This document shows, one piece after another, positions 12,424 to 26,485 of a stretch of 64,000 nucleotides of DNA. The notes under the pieces were generated by a model that saw nothing but the letters and a program-made list of their open reading frames with translations, did not search any database and had not been told where the DNA came from. Source of the DNA: Octopus sinensis (Eukaryota); assembly GCF_006345805.1 (NCBI RefSeq), contig NC_043005.1, forward strand, positions 100,564,001 to 100,628,000, in the 5' to 3' direction. Every line of letters begins with the position of its first letter. The first letter of the stretch is position 1. The translations under genes and the position numbers were made by a program.

Positions 12424-13339
12424 GTAAACAGATAATAACTTTCAAAAAATGGCGAGGGAAAAGGAATGAATATATAAAAAAATAAATAAGTGAAAATAAA
12501 AGAAGATAAAAGTTTAATGATCAATGAAAGCATCAGAGAACAAAGTCTGATGGCAAATACGTTCTGTTTGACTTCAATAGACTCAGTCGAGAGAGACAAA
12601 TAATAATACATTGAGCTGAGTCAGTGGAAGGGCGGGGCTGTGGTAATTATAATAGACTTCGTTAAACAGAAAGCAACACATATATAGGCAAATAAAGACA
12701 TGTGTGTAAAGGTGTACACATGTGTGTACATATTGGTGTTCATAGATACCCCCCCCACACACACACACACAAACACACAGATGTGTGCATGTAGGTGATC
12801 ATACACACAATGTGTACACATAGACACAGATATATTTTCTTGAATTCCTTTATGTACACACACACACACACACACACATAAATATATATGAAGCATAAGT
12901 ATACTCATTATATTAACAGTTATATGTACAAACACACACACACACACATATACAAATATATATGAAACACAAGTATACTCATAATATTAACAGTTATATG
13001 TATATACACACATACTAACACACACACACACACACACACACAATTCCAATGATCAATTAACAATTCATTGTGAAAATTAACAGCAGATAGTATTTGAGAA
13101 CAATAAAAATTGACAGAAATCATGAAACACTTCTCACTCAAACATTTTATTAGACAAGTTTGCAACAGATATATCGTATTCCAATAAAATGACAAAAAGA
13201 AAAAAGAAAAAGAAAAGAAAAGAAAAGAAAGAAATAAAAAAGAAAAGGACGAGAAAACAGATTGTCATTTGGAAGAATTTAGTTGGTCAGTGCTTTAACA
13301 TTCAGAAAAATATCCTTTGTGCCTGATTTTATTGCACAG

Positions 13340-13415
13340 ATCAGTGACAGACTCATTTGAAGAACTGGAATCTGCTGTGGACAGTCATGTCACACAAATA
13401 AAGAAGAAGCATTAA
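13340..13415 (+). CDS. Candidate terminal coding exon (R)SVTDSFEELESAVDSHVTQIKKKH*
   Basis: ttttattgcacag acceptor; phase-2 start completes an AGA codon with 12275-12423; TAA at 13413-13415; repeat-poor sequence follows. Confidence 0.5.
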
Positions 13416-14704
13416 AAATGGACTTAACCAAGTCTGGAAAGTTTGATAGAGACATGAATGATGCCAGTGAATTTGGAACTTGTTCTGTATCGCAGATTTA
13501 AAATATGTTTAATTTCAATACTGTTGTTTTGAGGAATCTCAGATTATTTGGGATTCTTTTTTTTTGGGACTCTTTTGAAATGGAAGTAGTTTATAGCAGA
13601 AGGCCAAAAATGGAAGCATCACAACAATATTGGTGAGAAGATAGAGAGGTGCCATATCATTGATTTGTAGAATTCCTGTATCCATAATGGAAGTTTCCTT
13701 CATCAATTCATCTTTGGGTTGTCAGTACCAAATGTAGTCTAATTTTTTTTCCATTTTTTAAAATCAAATCCAGACATAGCCCGCAGCAAACTACACAAAA
13801 CTAAAACAGAGTAAAAAAAGGAAAATATTGAAACAAGAACAACAAATTCTTGACACTTTAATGGATGCAATACAGAGCAAAAACTCAAATTCAATTCTTT
13901 CCTTTGTTGATAACCCTAGACGAATTTTAACCAAACACATTGAACATGTGGCAATATGTTTGGATCAACAAGTTCTCACTGTTGCATGCTGGGTTAGCTG
14001 TTCTATGAAATGGTTTTGCAGCTCATTCTACATTTCGTGTTTCAATTTCAATTAACAAAGAGTATTGGCACTATTGATTTCTGTTGCTGGAAGGTAAAGA
14101 GAATTACTACCGTTGTCACATTTTTCAGGCATGTTTGTTTTGTTGCTATTTTTCCAAAACCAGAAAACAGGAAAGGAAAAAAGGTGGGTACCATAAGTAT
14201 GCTCATGATACCAAGTCTGTCAGATTCCTTAAAAAACTTGCACAAAAATGTAATTTTTTTAAAAAAGATCACAAAACGTTTCATCAACAGCTCCATACAC
14301 ATTACATGACCTTTTGTGAAATGCTTTACCCTCAGGTGACAAGATCTTAAAAACAAATCTGGTAGAGTTGTTATCATAAACATAAGTATATGACTAATTT
14401 TCTTCTCTTCCTTTTTTTAATTTTGGAAGTGAGTGATGAATTAAAACATACCATAAATATGGAACTGGCTTGATTTCCTGCTTTGTGTTGATGAAGTGAG
14501 GGAACAATTGAGATAATCTTTTTTACATCAACTCCTGATTGATGAAGACATTGTTACAGAATGTGACCACTGTGGAAAATATGTCACTGCGGCAAGAATT
14601 TCAGTGAAATCTTTAGACACCATTCTGCTATTTACCCTTCATGGTTAATGCTTCTTATTGGAGTAGCTTTGCAATGATTGTAAATGAATTTCAGTGACAA
14701 TCAT

Positions 14705-14942
14705 CATCATATCATCATCATCGTTGAACGTCCACTTTCCATGCTAGCATGGGTTGAACGATTTTGACTGAGGTCTGGCGAACCAGATGGCTGCACCAGG
14801 CTCCAGTCTTGATCTAGTAAAGTTTCTATATAGCTGGATGCCCTTCCTAATGCCAACCACTCTGAGAGTGTAGTGGGTGCTTTTTACGTGCCACCGGCAC
14901 GGGGGCCAGTCAGGCGGTACTGGCAACGACCTCACTCGAATC
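14705..14942 (-). mobile_element. RTE 3' tail copy
   Basis: catcatcatcgttgaacgtccactttccatgctagcatggg... is the reverse of the shared tail. Confidence 0.85.
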
Positions 14943-16859
14943 TTTTGATAAAAATAGGACGGTTTTCTCCGAACTGAGGTATTTGAGTATGATACCCTGT
15001 TAAAAAAATAAAAGGGTGCTGCAAGTATAGTAACAATGTTGGAAAATTAACCAACATTGTTGCATGGAAAGTTTTCCAGTGTTAAGATTTTACTTTTAAC
15101 TTTTATATCATCCAGATCTTAATTCAGGCACATTGACATTATATATGTATGCATGTGTGTGTCTTTTAGAATTTATTTTTTAACCATCATCATCATCAGT
15201 TTAATCAGCATCATTCATCACCATTGACAGTGATGACAGCTACTGCTGAGCAAAGCGTGAGCAAGCATACACTTTCAAACATATGTGTTTGTGTATGGTG
15301 AGGGATGTATTTATGATACTTCATTAAAAATAAATTGTTCACTTTTAGTTAATGTCCTGCTGATGAGGTTGTAATGTATGCCTTCCATTAGACAAATGAT
15401 GTCAAAAATCAGGACATTTTGTAAAGTTTTCCAACAACAGATACTTCCAAATATAGAGAGAAGCTTCAATATATGTCACTCAAAGACTGATTGCTTGCAA
15501 AATAATGATAGAAAGGAAAGTCTCTTTCTTCAATCAGGAAATGAAGACAGAAAAAAAACATTTCTACTTAACAGAAAATATATCTTCATTTCTGGAAAAG
15601 ATACAATATATAATTTTGTGATTGATCTGTTAAATGTTTGCAGAGATGTCACACCACCAAGGAATTAAGTTTTCCTTTATTCGCTTCCTTAGAATTCTTA
15701 TCCATTTAACACTGCTTATTTCACTGCTTTCTTAATATCTAAGGGACTAATACAAGAAAAGCTAAATAGACATATATATCATAATCTCTCATAAGACACT
15801 CCATAAATAAATTTTTAAAAATCTTCCCTAAAAATGCACATTATTAGTTCAGTTTTACATTATTTAATGCTTACATTTATTGTTCTGTATCTGAAGAAGG
15901 GTTATAATTTAATTTCTACAGAAATTATATTTGCAGTTGTATATTTTTCGTGCAATCAGCCACCCCAGGTGAAGTAAGGAGTAGAATCAGGTCTTGGTGA
16001 CTTTGAAGCAAAATTATATCTAAAATTATGTAAATTAACTATATCCAATTAATAGAAAAAATTAAGAGACTTAACATCAGAAACCTACTGTGTGTGTGTG
16101 TGTATACTCACACACACACACACAACACCAGTGCCACTGCTGCCATCATCATCATCATCATCATTATCGTCATCATCATCATCCACTATGAATTTTTCTG
16201 ACCTTCTCATTATACCTGCAGCACTTTTAAGTGCAATGAAATAATTTTAAGTTTGAAACTACGACAATGTGGTTAGTAGTTGAGTAGTTATTAACCTTAC
16301 AGTTATCATGCCATACCTGTAATCACATCAGGGCACCATGTAATTCAGTGATGTGGAATAGGGCAAAACCTGTTCATTTATCCACCATATAATCATTACT
16401 TCTCAAAAATGACACCCTACACTGTAATAATCAATCAATCAACATCAATGTCCGTCTTAAGTTGGTGAGCCAAAAGAATTACTGGTATGCTTGGTGAAAT
16501 GCTTAGCGGCATTTTGTCCATCTTTATGTTCTGGGTTAAAATTCTGCCACGGTTGACTTTCAGGTTTGATAGAATAAGTACCAGTTGAGTACTGGGGTTG
16601 ATGTAATAGACATGCCCTCTCTCCCGAAATTGCTGGTCTTGTGCCAAAATTTGAAATCAAAATCTGTCTTTCTTAGGGAAAGGAATTATTTTTTACACAC
16701 CCAGGCCTATTCTCCATTTTTTTAGAAAGAAGAAACCAAATCAAGACACACATTGGGTATTCCATTCATTTCTTAGCTCACAGAGGCAAGCCCCGTTCTA
16801 TGCTCGGGTCAAGGCATAGAACGCAACCCCCAATATCAGAAAGAAATAAAACCAAAAAT

Positions 16860-17242
16860 TGGCACATAAAAGGCACCATTCGAGTGTGATCATCACCAGC
16901 GTTGCCTTACTGGCACTTGTGCCCATGCTAGTAGGGTACCAAGAGCACCATCTGAGCGTGATCGTTAACCGTGTCACCTTACTGGCACCTGTGCTGGTGG
17001 CATGTGTAAAAAGATTCGAGCAAGGTCATTGCCAGTACCGCCTGACTGGCCCCCGTGCTGGTGGCACATAAAAAGCACCCACTACACTCTCGGAGTGGTT
17101 GGTGTTAGGAAGGGCATCCAGCTGTCGAAACTCTACCAGATCAGATTGGGGCCTGGTGTGGCGATCTGGTTCGCCAGCCTTCAGTCAAATCGTCCAACCC
17201 ATGCCAGCATGGAAAGTGGATGTTAAACGATGATGATGATGA
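16860..17242 (+). mobile_element. RTE-type 3' UTR copy, variant subfamily
   Basis: Same ~60-bp units and (GAT)n tail as 2560-3097. Confidence 0.8.
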
Positions 17243-18094
17243 AAACATTATCAGCATGTAGACTATATAATGCAGAAAATAAGTTTAATGCTGACAACTA
17301 AAGACACCAGAAAGTTCATAAGAAAATAAAAGCAATACTTTTGACATAAAACTTGTTTGGTATCCTCTCATAATATATAAAATATCTTATTACCTTATCA
17401 CATAAAATACATTTATTTTGTATTTGGGGATAATAACTTCGACTAAATATAATAAATGAAGTTCCACTGAACTTTGCTTTACTTCTACTCAAGCCCCACC
17501 CCATTGACCTGTATGTCATCCAATCATCCTTGATGTGTTATTACCTATAAACATCTTGCTCAAGATTTAAGCCAATCCTTTCATCTCAGAACTCATCTGC
17601 CTCCCCCACTACTCTTCTTTCAGGTAGTGACCAACGAAGGTTCAAACTGAGCAGCAATCAAACTGAACGAAGTCAAGGGGTTCCATCCTTCTTTCATTCC
17701 ATTTATCCCTAGATATTAGGTTAAATAAATTCCCATTAACATATAACAACACTGAAGACTAAAATTACCTTATCCCCAAGGGACAGAATCACTGTATCAG
17801 TTCCTATGAGATGGTGATGAGCTTTCATCCTTGACCTATGTTGGCCCTGCTAGAAATGTCAGATGATGCATATATCAACTTCTCCATCATGAGTATGTCA
17901 ATATCTTTTTAATGTAGGCACCATGCTCTCTGGCTGTATTCTCAGTAAATGTTCTAAGATGAAGGATTTCCAGGTTGTCATGTGAGATCTAAGGTTTTGG
18001 TATGCTCTTTAAAGTTATGCCCTAGATGTTTTGAATAGCCCCCTTTTCTAACATGCAACTGGCAAGTGATTAATGTATAACTGGAAGGGGTTTT

Positions 18095-18310
18095 ATTGTG
18101 TCTGGGGAGAGTAATTTTCTTTTTGTGCCCTATTATGTAACACACTCACTGGTAAAATTTCCATGATTTTCTTATTTCTATTGTCCTAAAATTTTTGTTG
18201 TGTCTTGCAACGTTTTCAATAGTTTTGACTCTCCCCAGACACAATAGAATATGCTTCAACACATGAACTCATAAAAAGAATCTTGCAAACCAAATCTGAA
18301 AACCAAATGG
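18095..18310. mobile_element. Inverted-repeat element family E (putative PLE-derived)
   Basis: attgtgtctggggagagt...actctccccagacacaat inverted repeats, followed by gaatatgcttcaacac...cttgcaaaccaaatc shared with 39825-40060. Confidence 0.7.
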
Positions 18311-18504
18311 AAGGTGTTTATAAGAGACAAACTAACAATGACAGATTACTGATGCAAATAAGAGAATATCTGAACGTTTATAAGAGACAATGGAAAGAAA
18401 ACCAGTTGTGGTTCCCTGAAAGTGTAACTAAAACAATGTAGAAGAGATATATAGGCATTAGCTTAAAGAGAAATAAGAAGGAAAGATCTTTATAGATAGG
18501 GATA

Positions 18505-18880
18505 GGTGTGACTGTGTGGTTTAGAAGATTGCTTCCCAACCATATGGTCTTGGGTTCAATCCCATTGCATGGTACCTTGGGTAAGTGTTTTCTACTTGTA
18601 GATGGATTTGAAACACAGAAACTGAAAGAGGTCTGTTGTACATATTCATATATCTGTGTGTGTGTATGTCTGTTATGCTTGTTGTTGTTATGTTTGTTCC
18701 TGCTCGCCACTTGACCATAGGTGTTGGTTTGTTTACACCGGTATAACTTATGCGACTGACATAATAAGTGCCAGGCTTAAAAAATAATTTCTGGGGTTGA
18801 TCTGTTCAAATAAACCCTTCACTACAGTGCCCCAGCATGGCCACTGTCACATAACTGAAACAAGGAAAAGATAAAAGATA
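18505..18880 (+). mobile_element. Diverged SINE family A copy
   Basis: gtgactgtgtggtttagaag head, ggtaccttgggtaagtg core, gaaacaaggaaaaga tail. Confidence 0.7.
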
Positions 18881-19207
18881 GAGTGGTTTCTGTTAGGGAA
18901 GAGTGTCTCGGCACAGGAGTGGCTGTGTGGTAAGAAGCTTGCTTCCCAACCACATGATTCCAGGTTCAGTTCCACTGTATGGCACCTCAGGCCTTGTGAG
19001 TGATTTGATAGACAGAAACTGAAAGAAGTCCGTTGTATATATGCCAAGGTTGGTGTTAGGAATGGCATCCAGCTATAAAAAATATTTCCAAAACAGTCAC
19101 AAAAGTCTGGTGCAGGCTTCTGCCTGGCCAGTTCCTGTCAAACCATCCCATCCATGCCAGCAGGGAAGGTAGACATTAAACGATGATGATGATGATGATG
19201 ATATACT

Positions 19208-19540
19208 GAGACCCCCTTCAGTCATGACTGGCCATGGGATTGCACCTAGAAAGTTACTCTCCCAGGCACAAGACTGGGCAATGATGTTTATGGAAGACCA
19301 GCAGTCGCCCATGCATACCAGCGTCCCCTCTCCACACCAGTGTTATCCAAGGGAAAGGCAAAGGCTGATATGGCTTGGCACATGTGATGTCGCAACTCAT
19401 TTCCACAGCTGAGTGAACTGCAGCAACGTGAAATAAAGTCTCTTGCTCAAGAACACAACACGCAGCCCGGTCCAGGATTCGAACTCACAACCTCACAATC
19501 CTAAGCTCGGCACTCTAATCACTGAGCCATGCACCTTCAT
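19208..19540 (-). mobile_element. SINE family B
   Basis: Colinear with 5581-5908. Confidence 0.8.
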
Positions 19541-20427
19541 GATGATGATGATGATGATGATATATATATATACACATATGTGTGTGTGTTTATCCCCCCT
19601 CTCACCATTGCTTGACAACTGATGTTAGAATAAGTACCAGGCTTACAAAGAATAAGTCCAAGAGTCGATTTCTTGGCAGTGCTCCAGCATGGCCACAGTC
19701 ACATGACTGAAAGAAGTAAGAGAATAAAAGAATGATGGCATCAACAGGTTTCCCCCTCCTGGATGAGTGAATTTGGTGCAGCCAATGTTTAGTTCAGGTG
19801 CAAAGCTGAAATGTTGGCATAATGACCCTCCCTAAACACCAGAAGTATCAAGCTTGGAAAAGAAGAAGAAGTATTCAAGGGGAACATATTTCAATCCTCA
19901 GTTTTTATGTTATTTGGTAAAATATTCCAAAATAATAACAGTGGAACTGAAACTATCATTAAACTTTTCTTCACTTTGGTCAATTCTAGTTTGTTTTATT
20001 TTATTCTACAATATTTTATTTATATAGAATTAAATAAATATTTTATGCATCAGAATGTCTTCAGAAAATTAACGTATATGATAAAATATCTACACACACA
20101 CACATATACATACATGCAAGCACACACAGATACAGAGTTATTACTCTCTTAGTATGCAAGGAACAATTTCCTTGAACCAAATAAAATAAAAGAAAGTTGT
20201 CTAAATGTGAAATGATGTGATGTATAATTTATAGAAATATATATTTTTAAAAATAAACAAACAAATTAACAGATAAACAAGGAAATAAACAATAGTTTTG
20301 GACAACAACATGTTGCCAATAACAATCTGTGTGTGGCAGACAGGAAAACAGGTGGAAGTTTTATAGGAGGAATATCTTTAATCTAATGAAACAACAGAGT
20401 GGCAGAGATAATGGCGAAATAGAGAGA

Positions 20428-20436
20428 GTGAAAGCC

Positions 20437-20472
<36 letters not shown>

Positions 20473-20513
20473 GTATGTACGTGTATATATATATATATAT
20501 GTATGTATATATG

Positions 20514-20612
<99 letters not shown>

Positions 20613-20647
20613 GTTATATATATGTATGTATATATATATATGTTATA

Positions 20648-20697
<50 letters not shown>

Positions 20698-20755
20698 CAT
20701 ATATATATATATACATACATACATATATATAAATATATATACCTACACATATATA

Positions 20756-20786
<31 letters not shown>

Positions 20787-20908
20787 GTGTATGTATATAT
20801 ATATATATGTATGTATGTATATATATATATATATACATATGTATATATATGAATGTATGTATGTATGTATATATATATATGTATGTATCTATATATATAT
20901 ATATATAT
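20428..20908. repeat. ~480-bp compound (TA)n/(TATG)n microsatellite
   Basis: Directly visible; accounts for the YIYI ORFs here. Confidence 0.95.
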
Positions 20909-21429
20909 GGAGAGAGAGGGGAGAGAGGGGGCGGGGTAATATAAATATAGAAAGGCAGGGGATAGAATTGATACAGATATACTGGAGTGGTCGAGTTAAT
21001 ATACTCATAAAAGTGAAGGGGGAGCAGAGTTTACAGAGACATAGGAAGAGGAGGAGGCAGGGCTAATATCAGCATATAGAGAGGAGAAGAGTTAATATGG
21101 ATAGATACATTGATAGAAAGAGTGTGGGGGTCAGAGGCAATAGAGACATAGACACCGTGAACAAGCACCGTGAACTCTGTATGTGTTCAGTATGGATAAA
21201 TAGATAACAACAGTTCCAACTGATTGGTTTTAGTTCCACTAAAACAAATCTAGATAAGATAAATCAATAATATCATTCAGACAGATATATATTAGTGAGG
21301 TATATCTATTATAGTATTTCATTTCAAACCCTGTATTACTGAGTTCAAATCTTACAATGGTTACCTCTTTTTATTTTTACATTATCCAACTCCATTAGAG
21401 TTGATTCAATAATTACCAGCAATATATAT

Positions 21430-21660
21430 TTCTTTACTACCCACAAGGGGCTAAACATAGAGGGGACAAACAAGGACAGACAAATGGATGAAGTCAATTA
21501 TATCGACCCCCAGTGCGTAACTGGTACTTATTTAATCGATCCCAAAAGGATGAAAGGCAAAGTCAACCTTGGCGGAATTTGAACTCAGAACATGACGACA
21601 GACAAAATACGGTTACGTATTTCACCTGGTGTGCTAATGTTTCTGCCAGCTCGCTGCCTT
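21430..21660 (-). mobile_element. tRNA-derived SINE family C
   Basis: Minus strand reads gagctggcagaaac...gagttcaaattccgcc...gactttgcctttcatcctttt...ccccttgtgggtagtaaagaaa. Confidence 0.8.
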
Positions 21661-21817
21661 ACCAGTAATACACTTGGGTTAATTCAATCAGTTGCAACTT
21701 TTAAATCTAACATAATTGTTACTAATAATCATACTGATGTGAAACACAGTATATTTTAACTGGGGCTTCTGTGCATGGACCACTATGAATTAGTCCACTA
21801 CCACTAAGTAAAGTAAA

Positions 21818-22138
21818 GACCCCCTTTGGTCAGGATTGACCATGAGATTGCACCTTGAAAGTTACTCTCCAAGGCAGAAGTCCAGGCAAGGTTGTTTATG
21901 GGAGACCAGAGTCACCCATACATACCAGCCTCCTGTCTCTATGTCACTGATATTATCCAAAGGAAAGGCTGATACAGCTTGGCATCAGTGATGTCACAAC
22001 TCATTTCTACAGCTGTGTGAACTGGAGCAACGTGGAATAAAGTGTCTTGCTCAAGAACACAACACACAGACCAGTCCAGGAATTGAACTCACTACCTCAT
22101 GATTGTGAGCCCAATGCTTTAACTACTGAGCCATGTGG
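21818..22138 (-). mobile_element. SINE family B (diverged)
   Basis: Colinear with 5581-5908. Confidence 0.75.
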
Positions 22139-22784
22139 GCCACTACCATTACAGCTACAGTAAAACCAATACAAGATTATACTGATGTGATAAACAGTAT
22201 ATTTTAGCTGAGGCTTCTGTGCACGAAACCCTCTTAATTAATCAACCAACCATAAATACAGTAAGGCTGGGCACCATCTCCTGAAAAACTCAGAACCCAT
22301 CTGTCACACTAATAACTCCTTCAAAGTCAGACTTAGGAATCATTAACAAGAAAATGATCCACACAGTCATATCAAAAACCCCTCTGGAATAACATTAAAG
22401 CAGTATTCAAGGGTTTAAAAAGATCTCAGGCAAAAGTAAGCATCAGATCTTCTGGTTTGGCATCAAAGATTATTATGCTACAGTCTCAAAACCAATACTT
22501 ATGGCTGTTTTGAATTCCTCCAAACTGATAACAGCAATTAAAGACTCCAAAATAGAAATAATACTACAAAGCAGGGAATCCCTTCTATTTCATGGTAAGA
22601 AAAACACTAAGGAACCATTTGATGCTAGCATGAGATGAAAGGGTTTGGAGTGGCTAGTAACTTCAAAGGTCGACAGATACTACCGGCACTAAACTCCAAA
22701 ACCCCCAATTTGTATGGAGACGATTGTCCACCCTGCTTTAAACTGCAACACACAAAAGACAAATGAGTTTAGAAATAAATAACT

Positions 22785-23010
22785 CCACCTCCTCCTCCTC
22801 CCTTTTCTTCTCCTTCGTCTTCTCTTCCTCTTCCTCCACCTCCTCCTCCCTTTTCTTCTTCTTTGTCTTCTCCTCTTCCTCCTCCTTTTTCTTCTTCGTC
22901 TTCTCCTCTTCTTCTTCTTCCTCCTCCTCCTCCCCTCCTTTACTTCTCCCCCCTTCTTTTCTCCTCCTCCTCCTCCTTTTCTTCTCCTTCTCCCCCTCTC
23001 CTTCTTCTTC
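22785..23010. repeat. (CCT)/(CTT) low-complexity tract
   Basis: Directly visible; accounts for the poly-R/K and poly-S ORFs. Confidence 0.9.
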
Positions 23011-23740
23011 AAAACAATAGTCTTAAGATACCCCAATCTGATTACCATAGATCTCAACCAGGTGACTTTTCCGACATCCACTCACTTAGACTTACATATA
23101 TCCTTCTACTATCAACCTTTTCTCAGTAAAAATTTATACGTACTCTACCAAAGTTGAATTTTCTACTGTAATGTTTTACCTGTAGAGAAACTGCTTTTGA
23201 TATTAACGACATTCAAACTGCCGACTATGTACTCTGGTTGTCATCTCTCGTTTAGCACCATGTATAAAATCATTAACGTTGTTCAATGAGCTTTTCAGTT
23301 GTGCACTTCCAGTGATGTCATGAACGAGTATAATTTCCCGAGGTTAAGAAGCTCACTTACCAACCACATTGCCTTAGGTTCAGTCCTGCTGCACAGCAAT
23401 TGGACAAGTGTATACTACTATAGCTCCAGGCTGACCAAAGTACTGAGAATGGATTTGGTAGACCAAAAATGAAAGAAGAGCATCATATGTGTGTGTATCT
23501 ATGTGTGTGTATCTATGTGTGTGTATCTATGTGTGTGTACCTTTGCCTAAGATGATTGGAAGTGTGTGTCACTGTCACACAGGTGACATTGTTCGTTTCT
23601 AGTCTTCCATAAGAAACAAGCTATGGGGGAAATACTACCTTACTTGGAAACAAGGGTTGCTGACAGGAAGGGCATTCAGCTGTAGAAAATCTGTCTAACC
23701 CATGCAAGCATGGAAAGATGTATGTTGACCAATGATGATG

Positions 23741-23801
<61 letters not shown>

Positions 23802-23883
23802 TAGGCACAGTAAATTTAGAGTGAATACTTGATAAGTGTAGGCACCTGTATATGCCAGATAGTGGCAGAGGTGATATCAAATA

Positions 23884-24151
23884 AAATCAAAAACAGAACA
23901 CAAAGGATATCACGGTACACGTGTTTCAAGCTTTATAAACAATCTGTTATTACATCAGTGTATTATTGATATAAAAGATGGTTTAAAGCTCACTTCAGCC
24001 ACAAACATTGTTGGTCCAAAGATTACATCGCAATATAAAAAAATATAAAAAGTACATGTAGTATTACCTCAATAATACACTGATGTAATAACGGATTGTT
24101 TATAAAGCTTGAAACACGTGCACCGCGATATCCTTTGTGTTCTGTTTTTAA

Positions 24152-24154
<3 letters not shown>
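23884..24154. repeat. Long palindrome: ~86-bp arms (23884-23969, 24069-24154), ~99-bp spacer
   Basis: aaaaacagaacacaaaggatatc...cagtgtattattga is the reverse complement of tcaataatacactg...gatatcctttgtgttctgttttt with few mismatches. Confidence 0.9.
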
Positions 24155-24204
<50 letters not shown>

Positions 24205-24853
24205 ATTCAATAAACAATATAAATAAGAAGATTAGATTTGTCAAATGTACACAAATAAGGTATTAACTTAATGCTTTAATGGAAGGAGAAAGTGTTGTTT
24301 TGGATGTTAGTCTTTCATCAGAAGAAAGGGAGCTGAGAAGGAATGAGAAATAGAAATTGATAGTAAAAAAAGGGATCATTGGAGTACATTTATGAAGTTG
24401 TTGCAAGTACATCAGAAAGGGTCCTTAATGTGGAAGGTGTGGTGGTTGGGTCCAGAAGTTGTGCTGAAATGGAAAAGGTAAGAATAGCAAGAGGAATGGG
24501 AGGAGAGAAGGGACTTAGGGAAGAAGATGGGGTGTGGGGAAGGAGGAACTATGGACGAGGAAGTAGCGTATGTATGTAATACTTTTAAATGGAGTATATC
24601 TGTAGATTTTTAGCCAGCGCTGTGTGTATAGAAAGATGTTAACAACCTGTCCTTATATGTAAAATCCACAAAGATATCTAAAGATATATTTCGTAGTATT
24701 GAAACAAAACACTCAACAGAACAGCAATTTGTATGCACAAATATATGCACACATACACACACACATATATATACACACATACACACACATATATATACAC
24801 ACACACATACACACACATGTATACAGAAATATAGTGTGCATGCATATGTAGAA

Positions 24854-24885
<32 letters not shown>

Positions 24886-25567
24886 TTATATATACACACA
24901 CACACACACACACACATGCATATACAAAATAATGTAAATGCATCAACTTGTATGTGTGCATGCACACATACACCCACATTAATATTTCAAGTAGAAATTT
25001 TAATATTATCACTTCAAATATTTAAACTATTTTCAAGAGCCATCTTAAAAAATTAAATTTCATTTATTCCCCTTACTTTATTTGTGTCTAAAGTATCACT
25101 GACACTTCCATTTCTACACTTCTTCCATTTTGGCTATTAATCATTGTCAAGTCTTGCAGTTAAAATCACATTCATTTTTCCAACTCTTTAATTATTTGCA
25201 TAACTCAAATGTTATATGCTCTGAGTGTAACCACAAGCCATTCTTCACGTCACACAATCCATCATGTGATAGCTAGAATTCAATTGTAAGAAATAATCAA
25301 ATAAAATACTAAATTTCCACCTCTCAACCTCAAATCTCTGGTATCTTAAGCCCACCCATCCTCTATCCTTTTCTCTCTCTTTCTCTCTCTCTCTCTCTCT
25401 TCCCTCTCTCTTTCTCTTTCTCTCTCTCTTACTCACTCTTGCCATTATGAACCATTAAACCAATACCAAATACAATTTTTTAATTACTAATTTTTTCAAG
25501 ACAAATATAAGAAATGTTATTTGTTGGGCACTAAGACAAAGTTTATCTTAAAATTTGTTTCATTACA

Positions 25568-25615
<48 letters not shown>

Positions 25616-25714
25616 CATTGTTATATTCTTAAAATTATCATCAATAAAAGACATCATTTAAAATAAAGATAAAAGAAATCATCATCATCATCATGATTAC
25701 CACCACCACTGCTG

Positions 25715-25951
25715 TACTAAGGTGGCAAGCTGGCAGAAATGAAAATGTTGGAAAATGTGTTCAGTCTCTTCCTACTTTGAATTCAAACCCTCCTCAAGTT
25801 CACGTTGCTTTCATCCTTCTGAGGTCAGTTATATAAAGTATCAGTCAAATAACTCCCCTCGCACAAACTGTTGGCTTTGTGCTTAAATTAGAAACAATTA
25901 TTATTATTATTGTTATTGTTATTATTAATAAGAATAATAATAATAATAATA

Positions 25952-25998
<47 letters not shown>

Positions 25999-26454
25999 AA
26001 TGTGATCTGGCAGAATCGTTAGCATGCTGGGCGAAATGCTTAGCTGTATTTTATCTGCCACTATATTCCGAGTTCAAATTCCTCCGAGGTCGACTTTGCC
26101 TTTCATCCTTTTGGAGTCGATGAAATAAGTACCAGTTATGCATTGGGTTGATATAATCGAGTAAGACCTTTCCCAGAAAATTTCAAGGGCCTTGTGCCTA
26201 GAGTAGAAATAATAATGGTAATAATAATAATAATAATAAGGTGGTGAGCTGGCAGAACTGTTAGCATACTGGGCAAAATGCTGAGTGGTATTTTGTTTGC
26301 CGCTACATTTTGAGTTCAAATACCGCCGAGGTCGACTTCGCCTTTCATCCTTTGTGGGTCGATTAATTAAATACCAGTGAAACACTGGAGTCAATGTAAG
26401 CAACTAGTCCCCTCTCCAAAAATTTCAGGCTTTGTGCCTTGAGTAGAAATAATA

Positions 26455-26485
<31 letters not shown>

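Noticed and set aside
20329-21066. 245-aa ORF and other YI/CV/TH-rich ORFs across the window
   Set aside because: Translations of (TA)n, (TG)n and (TATG)n microsatellites.
22689-23129. Arg/Lys-rich and Ser-rich ORFs
   Set aside because: Translations of a CCT/CTT low-complexity tract.
24290-24325. CTGATGAAAGAC...AAAACAAC on the minus strand
   Set aside because: No GAAA and no helix II; too decayed to call a hammerhead.
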